Of a DNA stretch of 59,107 nt, positions 27,254 through 37,300 are shown piece after piece. The notes under the pieces were generated by a model. The model saw only the letters and a list, made by a program, of their open reading frames with translations, did not search any database and had not been told where the DNA came from. A program made the translations under genes and the position numbers. This DNA comes from a virus. Lineage: Duplodnaviria; Caudoviricetes. Each line of letters begins with the position of its first letter. Within the stretch, counting starts at the first letter, position 1. The stretch covers positions 1 to 59,107 of IMG/VR virus record IMGVR_UViG_3300023184_000140; one strand, 5' to 3'.

Positions 27254-28776
27254 CCTAGCATTGTTCCATCGCCGGTACTTACATGGCCAATGATTTGACC
27301 CATTTGATAATCACCATTAACCGCACTAGAGGTGAACCTAGCTCTTAACTCTCTACGTTGCTCTTTTAACATTACGACCTGTTCAAAAGGTAAATCTGCT
27401 TGCTCAGGGAAACTAAATACAGAACTATAGACTTCAGGAGCACGAGCATTTGCTCTACCCGTTATCTGAACTGTCATCGGACCAGACTGAATGAAGTCAG
27501 GTTCTATACTTGTCACCCGAGTGTAAACATTTCTACCTTGTACGAGCTGAGACAAATCTGCTGTTTCAAAATAAGACGCTATAGGGTTTATAACCTGTCC
27601 GTTAATTTCATTAGTACCACGTTCATGTATCCAAACATGATAACCTTCTGTAGTAGGAACCACTCCGGTTAAAAGCGGGGACATCAAAGAGTTGTTATAA
27701 ACACCTGCGCTACGTCCTAAATTAGGTAGTTCTGTGTCGTACCAGCTGTTTTCTCTAACGTTAAAAATAACTGCATGAGTACATTCTGTAGCGTCTCCTC
27801 TAGGGTAACACCACCAGATTTCACCAAAATGTGGTACTTTAAAAGCAAATACTTTAGACCTTTGAGTTGTGTTTAAACCGTCGTAAAAGTAATTGAGGTT
27901 CATCTGGTTAGGAACCTCTCGCACGACACCGTTAAACATTAAGAAGCGATCCATACCCGCCCAAAAGAAAACTCCATCGTAATCTACGACACAGTTTTCA
28001 GACATTATAGAAGTCTCAGTGGCTATAACGTCATATTGGAAAGTGGTTGCGCCGCCGGTAAACGTAGCACGAATCACAGCGTCGTATGCCCAAAATAAAC
28101 CAGCAGGAGCAGAACCCGCACCAGCTCGTAACGGCATACCTTTAACTATTTTTTGCCCCCACGGTCTAGAAATATTGGAACCTGAACCCGTAAGATCTGT
28201 AGGATCTCCGGCAACAGAATGACCAATAATACCATCAGTCCCATAGTAAAACAAATACGGATGAAGAACAACTATTCCTCCGGTAGCGTTTGCGCTAGCA
28301 GGTAATGTTATTTCTACTAAAGGATTCGTGTCTAACACATCTCCAATGAATATTTGACCGCCGGCATCGTTACATATGCAGCTAAGATTAGGTGAAACGT
28401 GGGCGACAACAGCGTTAAAACTGCTTGACGAATCGTATTGATAGTCAAACATCCATTGGTTCAAATCAGAATTAACTAAAGTTGACGGAGTTCTGTCACT
28501 TATGATAGACGTGTTACCTGAACCGTCAACAGTAAAACGCTCTAAGGTATTAGCACTACCAGAGTGACAATAAACAAAGTTCTGCTGAGTAAAAGAAGTT
28601 ATACCCCGACTTACTTCAGTGAGGTATTTACTGATTGAGCGGTATCCTCCTATTTTACGAGGTAAACCTCGCTGAAACCTAACCCACTGTCCGTCGGTAT
28701 AAAAGTTACCGTCAAATTTAGTCCCGTCCCGTTTAATTCCTGGCTCAGAACGTAAGACGATAGTAGTATCTGGCAT
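27250..28776 (-). CDS. Tail nozzle / DNA stabilisation protein (P22 gp10 / T7 gp12-like)
   Basis: PGIKRDGT...WVRFQRGLPRKIGG start, beta-propeller-like repeats, FGEIWWCYP; TAATG coupling at 28776. Confidence 0.78.
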   Translation of the reverse strand: MPDTTIVLRSEPGIKRDGTKFDGNFYTDGQWVRFQRGLPRKIGGYRSISKYLTEVSRGITSFTQQNFVYCHSGSANTLERFTVDGSGNTSIISDRTPSTLVNSDLNQWMFDYQYDSSSSFNAVVAHVSPNLSCICNDAGGQIFIGDVLDTNPLVEITLPASANATGGIVVLHPYLFYYGTDGIIGHSVAGDPTDLTGSGSNISRPWGQKIVKGMPLRAGAGSAPAGLFWAYDAVIRATFTGGATTFQYDVIATETSIMSENCVVDYDGVFFWAGMDRFLMFNGVVREVPNQMNLNYFYDGLNTTQRSKVFAFKVPHFGEIWWCYPRGDATECTHAVIFNVRENSWYDTELPNLGRSAGVYNNSLMSPLLTGVVPTTEGYHVWIHERGTNEINGQVINPIASYFETADLSQLVQGRNVYTRVTSIEPDFIQSGPMTVQITGRANARAPEVYSSVFSFPEQADLPFEQVVMLKEQRRELRARFTSSAVNGDYQMGQIIGHVSTGDGTMLG

Positions 28777-29972
28777 TAGAATGTACCACCTGAAACTACA
28801 GGAATCGGACCTAAAGCTACCCACGCATCTAACTCTGTAGCTGCTGTGAATATAGGTATACCTACAGATGTTCCACCTAAATTAATAAGTGCGCCTCCAG
28901 CAGTAGTAGCCCCCGTACCACCTTGGGCAACACTAATAGGGAAAGCTACCGTTGAGGTGTCTGCGTCTATTACGTCGGCACCGTCACAATAAAGGATAGC
29001 TCTAGCACCTTGGTTTATAACAACACCTGTACCAGTTGTTGAAATAACCGTTAAGACGTAAGCGCCAGTGGTAGCGTTATCTACCCAATACTGTTGTACG
29101 GTGTCAGGTACAACGACATTTAAATCACCTGTTAAAGTTCCGGTAAATTTATAAACAATTCTATTAAGTTCGGAGCCAGCTAGTACATAGTCTCCGGATC
29201 CTGAAACATTGATAACGGTATAATCAAATATGAAAATAGCAGACTGACCGAAACCTACAGTGTAGTAATCCGTTCCGTCACTGACGATTACTGAAGAGTT
29301 TCCTGGCTGATAAGTTTTTGCGGATAATCCGTCTATGTTACAGATACCGTCAGGAGTAACAGTAACGTCACCACCGCCAGCATTGTTCAAATACATAAAC
29401 CAATTGTTTCCAACCGTAGCAGCGTTCGGTAGCGTTAAGTCTCCTGCACCGCTACCGTTCCAAACGTACATTTTAGCGCGGTCTGTGGCTCCAGCAGTAT
29501 AATTAGCGTTGAATTGAACAATAGGCATAGACTGCGAAAGCAGCGTACCGATAGCTATAATACCAGTTCCAGCAAGAGCTGAAGCGTTAGCTGCAGAAAC
29601 AGCAGCGCCATATTGAAGCGATACCCAAGAACCGGCTTCAGTAGAATTGTTAGTTAAATATACCTGCCAAACTGTACCAGGAGACAAAGAAACAATCTGT
29701 GTGCCCGTAGCGTTTTTAACTACAAACGAGTTTGCGCCGGTATTGTTAAATAATATCGTTTCACCGTTAGCTGCTTGAGAAGCGTTCGGTAAAAATACAC
29801 TTCTAGAAGCTACAGTAGCGTTAACGTCTATAATCCTAGTAGCTAGGTTCGTAGACGTAGAAGTTTCTTCTGGCCAACTTAGAACAACATCGGTAGTTAA
29901 AGTTAACGAGCTGTAACTTACATCACTTGGATATATGTTTGCGCCGCCAAAAACATCTGTGTAAATAGTCAC
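28776..29972 (-). CDS. Tail structural protein
   Basis: 398 aa, beta-rich T/G/N composition; ISVAQGGTGATT fibre motif. Confidence 0.7.
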   Translation of the reverse strand: MTIYTDVFGGANIYPSDVSYSSLTLTTDVVLSWPEETSTSTNLATRIIDVNATVASRSVFLPNASQAANGETILFNNTGANSFVVKNATGTQIVSLSPGTVWQVYLTNNSTEAGSWVSLQYGAAVSAANASALAGTGIIAIGTLLSQSMPIVQFNANYTAGATDRAKMYVWNGSGAGDLTLPNAATVGNNWFMYLNNAGGGDVTVTPDGICNIDGLSAKTYQPGNSSVIVSDGTDYYTVGFGQSAIFIFDYTVINVSGSGDYVLAGSELNRIVYKFTGTLTGDLNVVVPDTVQQYWVDNATTGAYVLTVISTTGTGVVINQGARAILYCDGADVIDADTSTVAFPISVAQGGTGATTAGGALINLGGTSVGIPIFTAATELDAWVALGPIPVVSGGTF

Positions 29973-30598
29973 GCTTCGCTCCTAGTAGCCGTACGATCTA
30001 AGATACGTTTGAGGTCTTCTCCGTTGAGAGCCTGTGCCGCACGATCGTACATAGCTTGCCATGTCTGTATCCGCTCGTCGTTCTTCAGAAACGGCGCAGC
30101 TTCTAGCAGAGTTGCATAAAGTAACGCATCTGGGGCATATTCAGTGACCCAGTTCGTTTGGAAATCTTCGCCTAAAAAGCGAGGTTGCTCGTAGTATAAA
30201 ATTTCTAAAGTCTGAGCTGTAGTCGGAGTCGGTGTTATCAACCAGTGTTGATAATCGTAATCTGCGTAAAACTCAGGTGTTCCGGTTTGAGCATCATCTG
30301 GCCAATAATAACGTAGGTATTCATAAGACCGACCAAATATAGGTTGACCGTCAACAGTCATAGAAACCGTATCGCGCCAACGATCAGGTTTAAGGTAAAC
30401 AGCAACGCCAGGAGAGAGGGGGGTCGTGACTGCTCGAATGAAGCCTGTTATCTTCAGTTCGCGGGAGATTCTACGCTCTCCCAAAGTTACTAAGCGTGGC
30501 AGCTGATCATAGACTATCGCATCGCTCTCGGCAGTAAAGCCTCGTTCGAGGTAGCGACGAACGTCCACCAGCAAGCTCTCGTACGTCATCGTGTACAT
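29969..30598 (-). CDS. Tail adaptor / tail tubular protein A-like
   Basis: MTYESL...GTPEFYA...PTPT...TNW.TEYAPDALLYATLLEAAPFLKND. Confidence 0.8.
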   Translation of the reverse strand: MYTMTYESLLVDVRRYLERGFTAESDAIVYDQLPRLVTLGERRISRELKITGFIRAVTTPLSPGVAVYLKPDRWRDTVSMTVDGQPIFGRSYEYLRYYWPDDAQTGTPEFYADYDYQHWLITPTPTTAQTLEILYYEQPRFLGEDFQTNWVTEYAPDALLYATLLEAAPFLKNDERIQTWQAMYDRAAQALNGEDLKRILDRTATRSEA

Positions 30599-30647
30599 TT
30601 ATATACTCCGTAAGTACTAGCAGCTGGTGCAGCTTGCGCCTGTGAAA

Positions 30648-30676
30648 ATTATACCCTTGAAAGTCAATAGAGGCAA
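30648..30676 (-). promoter_or_regulatory. Sigma70-type promoter in the late region
   Basis: TTGCCT-N17-TATAAT. Confidence 0.75.
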
Positions 30677-30679
30677 GTT

Positions 30680-30838
30680 CTAATGCTTCATGAAAGCAAT
30701 GTTTATAAGCAGTAGCATGATTGCCCCCGCAGAACCGATAAGTATAGCCTCTATACGTTTAATACGGAGAATAGTTTCTTTCCATCGCTCAGCACAAACT
30801 GCTTCATGTGTTGCAAATTTTGTATCTATGGAGTCCAT
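30680..30838 (-). CDS. Small membrane protein, XhlA/holin-like (52 aa, not in ORF track)
   Basis: MDSIDTKFATHEAVCAERW...RIKRIEAILIGSAGAIMLLLI; directly follows the endolysin. Confidence 0.65.
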   Translation of the reverse strand: MDSIDTKFATHEAVCAERWKETILRIKRIEAILIGSAGAIMLLLINIAFMKH

Positions 30839-30839
30839 T

Positions 30840-31319
30840 TTAACTTCCTAAGTAAATAGCACGTTCGTCTTTTCTGCGGTTTTCAAGACCTTTTAGAATC
30901 TTACCATTGGCTTTACAATACTTTAAAAACTCGTCGGCAGCACCAGCGTAATCACCGCGATTATGCCGTTGTCTGAGTGTACTGCGCTGTAGAGTTCCCA
31001 ACCCGACATTGAAACTGAAGCTAACAAGAGCGTCCATCCAAGCTTGGCGAGTGCTAGCATTAGGACAATATTTAAGAACTCCTCGTTCAAACCTTTCAAG
31101 ATCTTTTGCAAGAATAGCATTAATTTCTTCTACTGTAAATGTTCTGTTCCAACCTTCTGGAATTGACAAATTGTTTCGCTCTTCAAACGGCACTTTTGCA
31201 TGGTTAGGATCAATCACATGACCAATTCCAACCGTCCACAACCTAGCAGGGCAACGGTAAGGTTTAATCCTTACCCCCTCGTGGTGGGCAATCATCTTTA
31301 AAGCCTTGAAGCTTATCAT
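30840..31319 (-). CDS. Endolysin (GH24 lysozyme)
   Basis: IAHHEG...PYRCPA.LWTVGIGH, DALVSFSFNVG and GLENRR..E motifs. Confidence 0.93.
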   Translation of the reverse strand: MISFKALKMIAHHEGVRIKPYRCPARLWTVGIGHVIDPNHAKVPFEERNNLSIPEGWNRTFTVEEINAILAKDLERFERGVLKYCPNASTRQAWMDALVSFSFNVGLGTLQRSTLRQRHNRGDYAGAADEFLKYCKANGKILKGLENRRKDERAIYLGS

Positions 31320-31389
31320 TTTGGTAAATGCAAAATTAGATACACACTAGCTATTAAAGTAACAAACATTCTGAAATAAATTACGTAGA

Positions 31390-31905
31390 TCATTTTTTAA
31401 ACTCACGACCGCCAAAATAAAACGCAATAATCGAAGCAAACAGTGCTTGAGTCTCGTCATCCCAAAGCTGGTCAGCCAACACATTAAACTCAATCCCACT
31501 AGTTACACCTTTGTAGGCTAAAACCGCATCTATAGCCACTAGCAGAAAGAAAAACCCATAGGTAATTACAGGGCGAACCGAAGCACGTAGGTCTTTCATC
31601 CACGTAGATGTACCTTCGTTTAGCGACATATCGTGAGCATAGATAGCACTCATCTCGGCTTGCTGTGCGCCTATTACCGCTTGTCGTTCATCTGAAGCAG
31701 TCTGGGTCTTTATTTCATCTAACTTAATAGCTTCAATTTGTTGCTGTGCTGCAAACCCTGCTGCAGCTAGTTGTAGTTCCCGTTCAGTTTGCATCTTGGC
31801 AAGTGCAAGTTCGTGCGACTTATCAGACTTGTCTTGAAAAAAATCCAGTATTTTGGGCAACCCACCCATTAAGAACGATACAAAAGTTGAGATAAGTGTC
31901 AGCAT
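31390..31905 (-). CDS. Holin-like membrane protein (GTA 3TM holin type)
   Basis: N-terminal TM, DKSHELAL, LRASVRPVITY, TM segments, IIAFYFGGR. Confidence 0.75.
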   Translation of the reverse strand: MLTLISTFVSFLMGGLPKILDFFQDKSDKSHELALAKMQTERELQLAAAGFAAQQQIEAIKLDEIKTQTASDERQAVIGAQQAEMSAIYAHDMSLNEGTSTWMKDLRASVRPVITYGFFFLLVAIDAVLAYKGVTSGIEFNVLADQLWDDETQALFASIIAFYFGGREFKK

Positions 31906-32198
31906 TATTCCCCCTGCAATTCAAGCATTATCTTAGCGCGTAACTCACGCATCTTTCTTGTTTCTTCCATCGCCCTAGCCGTAGCGTTGTTCATGTCCAT
32001 ATACGCTATCCCCATGACCGGCAAAACTATGACTAGCACAATACACAAAACCAAAACGGTGATGAGTAAACTCCACGGTATGTTTGGCTCGTTCTTATCA
32101 GAATCATCACCCATAGAAACCACAATATTATGAACACGACCGCGAGTATTGACGTCATCTGCTCCGCGATTTTTCTTTTTATACTTGCCCGTCGCCAT
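31905..32198 (-). CDS. Membrane protein of the lysis region
   Basis: Single TM WSLLITVLVLCIVLVIVLPVMGI; start uncertain. Confidence 0.55.
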   Translation of the reverse strand: MATGKYKKKNRGADDVNTRGRVHNIVVSMGDDSDKNEPNIPWSLLITVLVLCIVLVIVLPVMGIAYMDMNNATARAMEETRKMRELRAKIMLELQGE

Positions 32199-32578
32199 TG
32201 AGCCACCTGTTGCTTTAGTAGTTCTTGACGCTGAACTTCTGCCCGTTCTGCTTTAACCCTGTCGCGCATTACTTCAAATTCTGTCCATATAGCACCGAGT
32301 TCTTTGGGTGCTTGGTACACCATCATTTCGCGCAACTCAGTTTCCAACCGAATCATTTCTTTTACTGCCATAACCCTGTTAAACGCTTCTTGGTTCACAG
32401 ACAACTCAGGGTCACGCGCCTTCTTAGTCTTTAATTCTTCTTCGTGTACATGCGTCTCTAACTGCTCATGCGCTTTAAAGAAATGACCAAGGTGTCCGCT
32501 TATATCAGCAACAACATCCTTGGCCTGTCCATACGCATCTACTAACTCCATCCCCTGCGCTTTGTACTCTTGGTACAT
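32033..32578 (-). CDS. Coiled-coil membrane protein
   Basis: 181 aa with a C-terminal TM; the frame stays open upstream to ATT at 32644. Confidence 0.7.
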   Translation of the reverse strand: MYQEYKAQGMELVDAYGQAKDVVADISGHLGHFFKAHEQLETHVHEEELKTKKARDPELSVNQEAFNRVMAVKEMIRLETELREMMVYQAPKELGAIWTEFEVMRDRVKAERAEVQRQELLKQQVAQWRRASIKRKIAEQMTSILAVVFIILWFLWVMILIRTSQTYRGVYSSPFWFCVLC

Positions 32579-32647
32579 CTCACAGCCTTTGCGTATTGCA
32601 GCAGCTGCGGTTTTTGCTGCGGCTAGGATTACAAGCGGTTCAATGGC

Positions 32648-32962
32648 TTAGATTGACTGCGAAGTTATAGAATTCAAATCGGTAGTAATTTCTGCCGAGT
32701 AATCAATTGGCGTTCTTGCTTCAACAGTAGGAGCAACGAACACATTGTTTACTTCGTCATATGTGTCACCTATAGCAGCATATTTACCACGGAAACTACC
32801 ATTGTAACTTGTTTGTTTCCATATGCCGCCTAGTAAACGCTCACAGAATGCTGCGCCAATATATTCTTTTTCAACACCATTAGCGTCCGAAGTATCTTCG
32901 TTGGCTACTACGATTACACGTAGAACAACTTTATCACTATTCAATTCAGCAAAATGCGCCAT
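32648..32962 (-). CDS. Tail-fibre-associated hypothetical protein
   Basis: MAHFAEL...WKQTSYNGSFRGKYAAIGDTYD, a pattern often seen beside Gly-rich fibre genes. Confidence 0.75.
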   Translation of the reverse strand: MAHFAELNSDKVVLRVIVVANEDTSDANGVEKEYIGAAFCERLLGGIWKQTSYNGSFRGKYAAIGDTYDEVNNVFVAPTVEARTPIDYSAEITTDLNSITSQSI

Positions 32963-33570
32963 TATTCTTCTCCTAAATGTAACCCTGTCAAACTTTCATC
33001 TGAACCAATGTAACCTTTGACAAAAGTGTTAAATGATATACTGATACGAGTTCCATCGCTCTGTTTTGTTTGCACCATGTGCGTTAAATTGGATGGAAAA
33101 ATAATTAAGTCACCAGTGCCTGTTTCAAACCACCAGCTTTCGCTATTCCAATGGTTCCAGTTTTCAGTTGGAATCTTAATGCGCTCGTAACCGTCTTTAT
33201 AAAAATAAATTCTGTCTGTTTCTCTATCAGCTTGCGGGTAAAACACACCAGAAATAATACTGTTAGGGTGAGCGTGTTTGTGGTGATACTGACCTTTTTC
33301 TGTGAAATTAGCCCAGCTTTGAGTAATATACGGTGTTACATCATGTTTAGGCGCATACACAGATTTAAAATACTCCAACATCGCGTCTTCAATAAACTCA
33401 CGAATCTCTGTCATTTCAACAGACTGCAGCATTTTTCTATTTTCGCTTGTAGTATTACCATCATTTGGGTAACGTACTTGTTCTTTAATAAATTTTAATT
33501 CTTCTTCAGTTAAATCACGATCTAGTTTAGAAAAACCTACTGCCGTCGGAAAAAGATTATTTATATTCAT
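32962..33570 (-). CDS. 2OG-Fe(II) oxygenase (TIGR02466-like)
   Basis: SWAN...HHKHAHPNSIISGVFY (HxH), GDLIIFPSNL.H.V and RISISFN. Confidence 0.88.
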   Translation of the reverse strand: MNINNLFPTAVGFSKLDRDLTEEELKFIKEQVRYPNDGNTTSENRKMLQSVEMTEIREFIEDAMLEYFKSVYAPKHDVTPYITQSWANFTEKGQYHHKHAHPNSIISGVFYPQADRETDRIYFYKDGYERIKIPTENWNHWNSESWWFETGTGDLIIFPSNLTHMVQTKQSDGTRISISFNTFVKGYIGSDESLTGLHLGEE

Positions 33571-33821
33571 GCGACCGCCTGATCATATATTTTTTGTTGA
33601 CCAAGCATTTGCTTTCTTTGCTCTTCCGTCCAGATCGTATTGATACTGTCTTCAAAAGCTTTTATCTTCTCCATCGTTTCTTTTACTTCTTCCATAGTCG
33701 GGCAAGGACGTGAGTCTTCCCAACGTGTAAACGTAGTATTGCTGATCTCCCACTTAGCTCCTGGGCGAAGTAAATGCATAGCTGTATCTATACCATATAG
33801 CTGATAAATTTTGTTTTCCAT
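33567..33821 (-). CDS. XkdW-like tail fibre accessory protein
   Basis: AMHLLRPGAKWEI...W.DSRPCPT.EEV. Confidence 0.65.
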   Translation of the reverse strand: MENKIYQLYGIDTAMHLLRPGAKWEISNTTFTRWEDSRPCPTMEEVKETMEKIKAFEDSINTIWTEEQRKQMLGQQKIYDQAVA

Positions 33822-33824
33822 AGA

Positions 33825-35585
33825 TTAACTGTAATTTAGTTTAAGAATAACTACACCTGAACCACCAACACCGCCAACAGAATAAAAATTGCCGGCTGAA
33901 CCTCCACCGCCACCACTGTTTGCACCGCCAGCACCTCCGTCTGCACCCGTAGTAGATGCAGAACTACCGTTACCGCCTGCAGAAGGATAAGCAGAACCTC
34001 CTTTACCAGCTCTGTTCAAATTAGAACCGTCACCACCACCGCCGCCGCCACCGATACCACCATTACCAGCCCTATCATGCGTTGAAGGCTGACGACTATC
34101 GGCAAAATCAACACATCCACCGCCTCCACCACCAGCATAATAGTTGCCGTCTATCCATTGAAGACCAGGACCACCGCTACCTTGTGAACTGGTCGTTGAT
34201 GCTGCTTCTCCATTACCACCAGGACCACCAGCGCCGCCACCACCGCCACCGTTACCTACCCAAAAACCGCTCGCTGCTTGTCCGCCAGAAAACCCTTGTA
34301 ACGGACTTGTAGCAGGAGTATTACCCGCGCCCCCAGCGCCATTGTCTGTACCGCCACCGCCACCTGAACCGCCGACGTTACCTGTACCACCGCTATAAGA
34401 CCCACCGCCGCCCCCGCCAGTAGACGTAATGGAACTAAAAGTAGAATCGGTTCCGTAACCGCCTTTAGTACCACTACCGTTTCCACCAGAAGCACCTGAG
34501 CCGCCAGCGCCAATTGTAATTGTATACGAGTTACCAGCTGTTACAGCTAAACTAGTGCCAGACCTATAACCACCCGCACCGCCACCACCACCGTGTTGAT
34601 ATCCGCCACCGCCCCCACCAGCTACAACTAAATAATCAACTGACGTTACACCTGTCGGCATCGTGTATGACTGCGTTGAAGTAAATCTAGCAAAAGTGCT
34701 TACAGGTTGTATGTACCTGATAACGACTAAACCAGACTGACCAGGAAACCCAAAACCTAAACCAGTAGTTGTTCCATTACCACCGTTTCCGCTTCCTGAA
34801 GCAATTGATGTTATTGGGTTTGGACCAGCACCTGATGACGCACCTTTACCTCCAGTTGCATAAGTTACAGACGGACCAGATAATGTAGAAGCAGTTCCAA
34901 TACCACCGGCTGCACCACCCCCAGGAATAGTAATTCCTGCAGTAGTACCTCCAGCCCCGCCTGAACCGCCACCGCCACCGGCAGTTGCGTTACCAGCGCC
35001 GACAGTAGAATTTGAACCGCCAGCGTTCCCTTGACTTGGGGAAGTAGAAGGCGTATTACCGCTACCACCTGTACCAGCATTAGGGTACCCGTACGAGCCG
35101 CCGCCAGAACCGCCAGAATTACCGTTGTACCCCCCAGGAGAAGCATATGGTCCCGCAGCGCCACCGCCTCCTCCAGTAGCGACTAAAGAACTAAATATAG
35201 AAGCAACACCGTCACCACCATACAAGTTACCGGAAGGAGCGTTAACTGTATACCCGCGATCACCACCAGTTCCAACAGTTACGGTATATGTACTACCAGG
35301 AATAACTGTAAAACCTGTGCCAGTGAGAAAACCACCAGCTCCCCCACCACCACCAGCTCCACCGCCACCACCAGCTACTACAAGGTAGTCAATTTGCGAC
35401 ACCCCCGCAGGGCAAGTCCAAGTGCCAGAAGAATAAAAACTGACTATTTTAGTATTGCCCAATCCTGGCCATATACCTGATTTAATAGCCTGTAAAGCTT
35501 GGTTTAACGTCCACACACCTGACGCTTGCGTAGTAGATATTGTTATTGGAGCTTTTGTGATGATTCGACCAGGATAATTACTCAT
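33825..35585 (-). CDS. Glycine-rich tail fibre / adhesin with two polyglycine modules
   Basis: Two copies of ...PxGVxxxDYLVVAGGGGG...GGAGG...GxSGxVxx. Confidence 0.8.
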   Translation of the reverse strand: MSNYPGRIITKAPITISTTQASGVWTLNQALQAIKSGIWPGLGNTKIVSFYSSGTWTCPAGVSQIDYLVVAGGGGGAGGGGGAGGFLTGTGFTVIPGSTYTVTVGTGGDRGYTVNAPSGNLYGGDGVASIFSSLVATGGGGGAAGPYASPGGYNGNSGGSGGGSYGYPNAGTGGSGNTPSTSPSQGNAGGSNSTVGAGNATAGGGGGSGGAGGTTAGITIPGGGAAGGIGTASTLSGPSVTYATGGKGASSGAGPNPITSIASGSGNGGNGTTTGLGFGFPGQSGLVVIRYIQPVSTFARFTSTQSYTMPTGVTSVDYLVVAGGGGGGYQHGGGGGAGGYRSGTSLAVTAGNSYTITIGAGGSGASGGNGSGTKGGYGTDSTFSSITSTGGGGGGSYSGGTGNVGGSGGGGGTDNGAGGAGNTPATSPLQGFSGGQAASGFWVGNGGGGGGAGGPGGNGEAASTTSSQGSGGPGLQWIDGNYYAGGGGGGCVDFADSRQPSTHDRAGNGGIGGGGGGGDGSNLNRAGKGGSAYPSAGGNGSSASTTGADGGAGGANSGGGGGSAGNFYSVGGVGGSGVVILKLNYS

Positions 35586-35593
35586 CGTTCACC

Positions 35594-37288
35594 TTAATAT
35601 AATCTAAGAACAACTAAACCAGAACCGCCATTATAAGCACCACCGCCTGAATTACCTCCACCGCCACCCGTGCCGGTGTTAGCAGTACCGTTACTACCTG
35701 TGTTATCGCCTTGGCCAATACCACCATTAATACTATTTGAACCGCCTTGCCCACCAGGACCACTACTACCAAGACCTTGGAAAGAACCGCCTCCACCACC
35801 GCAAGAATATACTGCAAGACGCCCAGCAGAAATAGCTAACGATGACGCTAAACCAGCACCGCCAGCACCACCGGCTTGACCAGTAACATTTGCTCCTACC
35901 CCACCAGCTCCACCGCCGCCAGCACCATGATAGTTAATCGAGGGAGAACCTGCGCTACCGCCATTATTTCCTTGAGACGGACTTGTGGTTGGAGAATTTC
36001 CTGTACCACCGCCAGCACCTGTACCACCACCCCCACCAGAACCACCGTTTCCACCGTTAACCGGATCAGCGCCACTACCGTACCCGCCGCCAGTAGAAGT
36101 AATAGATGAGAAAGTAGAATTAGAACCTGACGATCCAGCTGTACCAGTGCCAGTGTTAGTGCTGCCAGCACCACCAGCGCCTACAGTGATGGTGTATGTA
36201 CCAGAAACAGACAACCCAGTACCTGTTCTAAACCCACCACCGCCGCCTCCACCGCCATGACGCGAACCACCGCCTCCACCACCTGCTACAACAAAATAAT
36301 CTGCTTGTGTATATCCGGATGGTATCGTGTAAGTCGTGGTAGATGCAAAAGATACAATTGTAACACCTTGTTGCAAGTAACGGAGAATGACTATACCTGA
36401 ACCGCCTGTACCGCCGTAACCTTGATTGTCTGGGGCACCAGCATAATGAGCGCACCCACCACCGCCGCCACCTGAATTAAGGGCACCGTTGTTACCAGGA
36501 TTAACTGGTCCTGGTGGACCAACCGCAGTACCACCGTTACCACCTCCCCCAAGACCACCAGTGCCAGGATATGCGTTAACACCGCCGCGATTAAATATTC
36601 CACCACCGCCGCCACCGGCGTAGTAAAAACCAGTACCTGAAATTGCTGAAAGTGAACCATTTCCACCGTTACCAGAATATGGTGCGGTAGTTCCGCCAGC
36701 TTGTCCCGCCGCACCCGCTGCGCCACCGCCGCCCGTGTAATAAGGGTCGCTGTTTGAACTTTGTCCGTTTCCGCCATTGTTACCTTGGCTCGGGGATGTA
36801 CTTGGTGTGTTTCCAGCGCCACCGGTATTAGCAGCACCGGCATCTGTTCCACCGCCCCCACCACCGCAACCTCCGGCAGACCCAGAAGTTTTATACCCGC
36901 CAGCCCCGCCACCACCAGCTGAAGTAATTGAGCTAAATACAGAATTAGCTCCGTTAGATCCAGAAGCTGGAGCATTAACAGCACCTGAACCAGCTCCACC
37001 AGCACCAACAGTGACTGAATAAGAAGTGCCAGGAACAACAGCTAACCCAGCACCTGTACGAAAACCGCCAGCCCCAGCACCGCCAGTACACGCCCCACCG
37101 CCACCAGCGACGACTAAGTATTCTACGGATGTCACACCTTCAGGGCATACCCACGTGCCAGATGCAGTAAATACTTGTACTACAACATTGTACGTTTTAT
37201 TAAGACCCGAAAGCGTCCAAATACCTGAGCCTAAAGCTACCGGAGGGGTAGCGCTTAGTATTTGACCAGGATAACCATGAATTGCCAT
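35594..37288 (-). CDS. Glycine-rich tail fibre / adhesin with two polyglycine modules
   Basis: Paralog of 33825..35585 with the same module architecture. Confidence 0.8.
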   Translation of the reverse strand: MAIHGYPGQILSATPPVALGSGIWTLSGLNKTYNVVVQVFTASGTWVCPEGVTSVEYLVVAGGGGACTGGAGAGGFRTGAGLAVVPGTSYSVTVGAGGAGSGAVNAPASGSNGANSVFSSITSAGGGGAGGYKTSGSAGGCGGGGGGTDAGAANTGGAGNTPSTSPSQGNNGGNGQSSNSDPYYTGGGGAAGAAGQAGGTTAPYSGNGGNGSLSAISGTGFYYAGGGGGGIFNRGGVNAYPGTGGLGGGGNGGTAVGPPGPVNPGNNGALNSGGGGGGCAHYAGAPDNQGYGGTGGSGIVILRYLQQGVTIVSFASTTTYTIPSGYTQADYFVVAGGGGGGSRHGGGGGGGGFRTGTGLSVSGTYTITVGAGGAGSTNTGTGTAGSSGSNSTFSSITSTGGGYGSGADPVNGGNGGSGGGGGTGAGGGTGNSPTTSPSQGNNGGSAGSPSINYHGAGGGGAGGVGANVTGQAGGAGGAGLASSLAISAGRLAVYSCGGGGGSFQGLGSSGPGGQGGSNSINGGIGQGDNTGSNGTANTGTGGGGGNSGGGAYNGGSGLVVLRLY

Positions 37289-37300
37289 AGCAACCTCTTA

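Noticed and set aside
32962-33570. TET/JBP DNA dioxygenase
   Set aside because: The HxH motif and RISISFN end match the TIGR02466 type; it lies in the tail module and no cytosine methyltransferase partner is present.
34082-37265. Pro-rich plus-strand ORFs and alternative-frame ORFs in the fibre genes
   Set aside because: They are shadows of Gly codon runs on the coding strand.
33825-37288. Diversity-generating retroelement or invertible fibre cassette
   Set aside because: No reverse transcriptase or invertase was found, and the repeats are diverged protein modules rather than adenine-specific TR/VR pairs.
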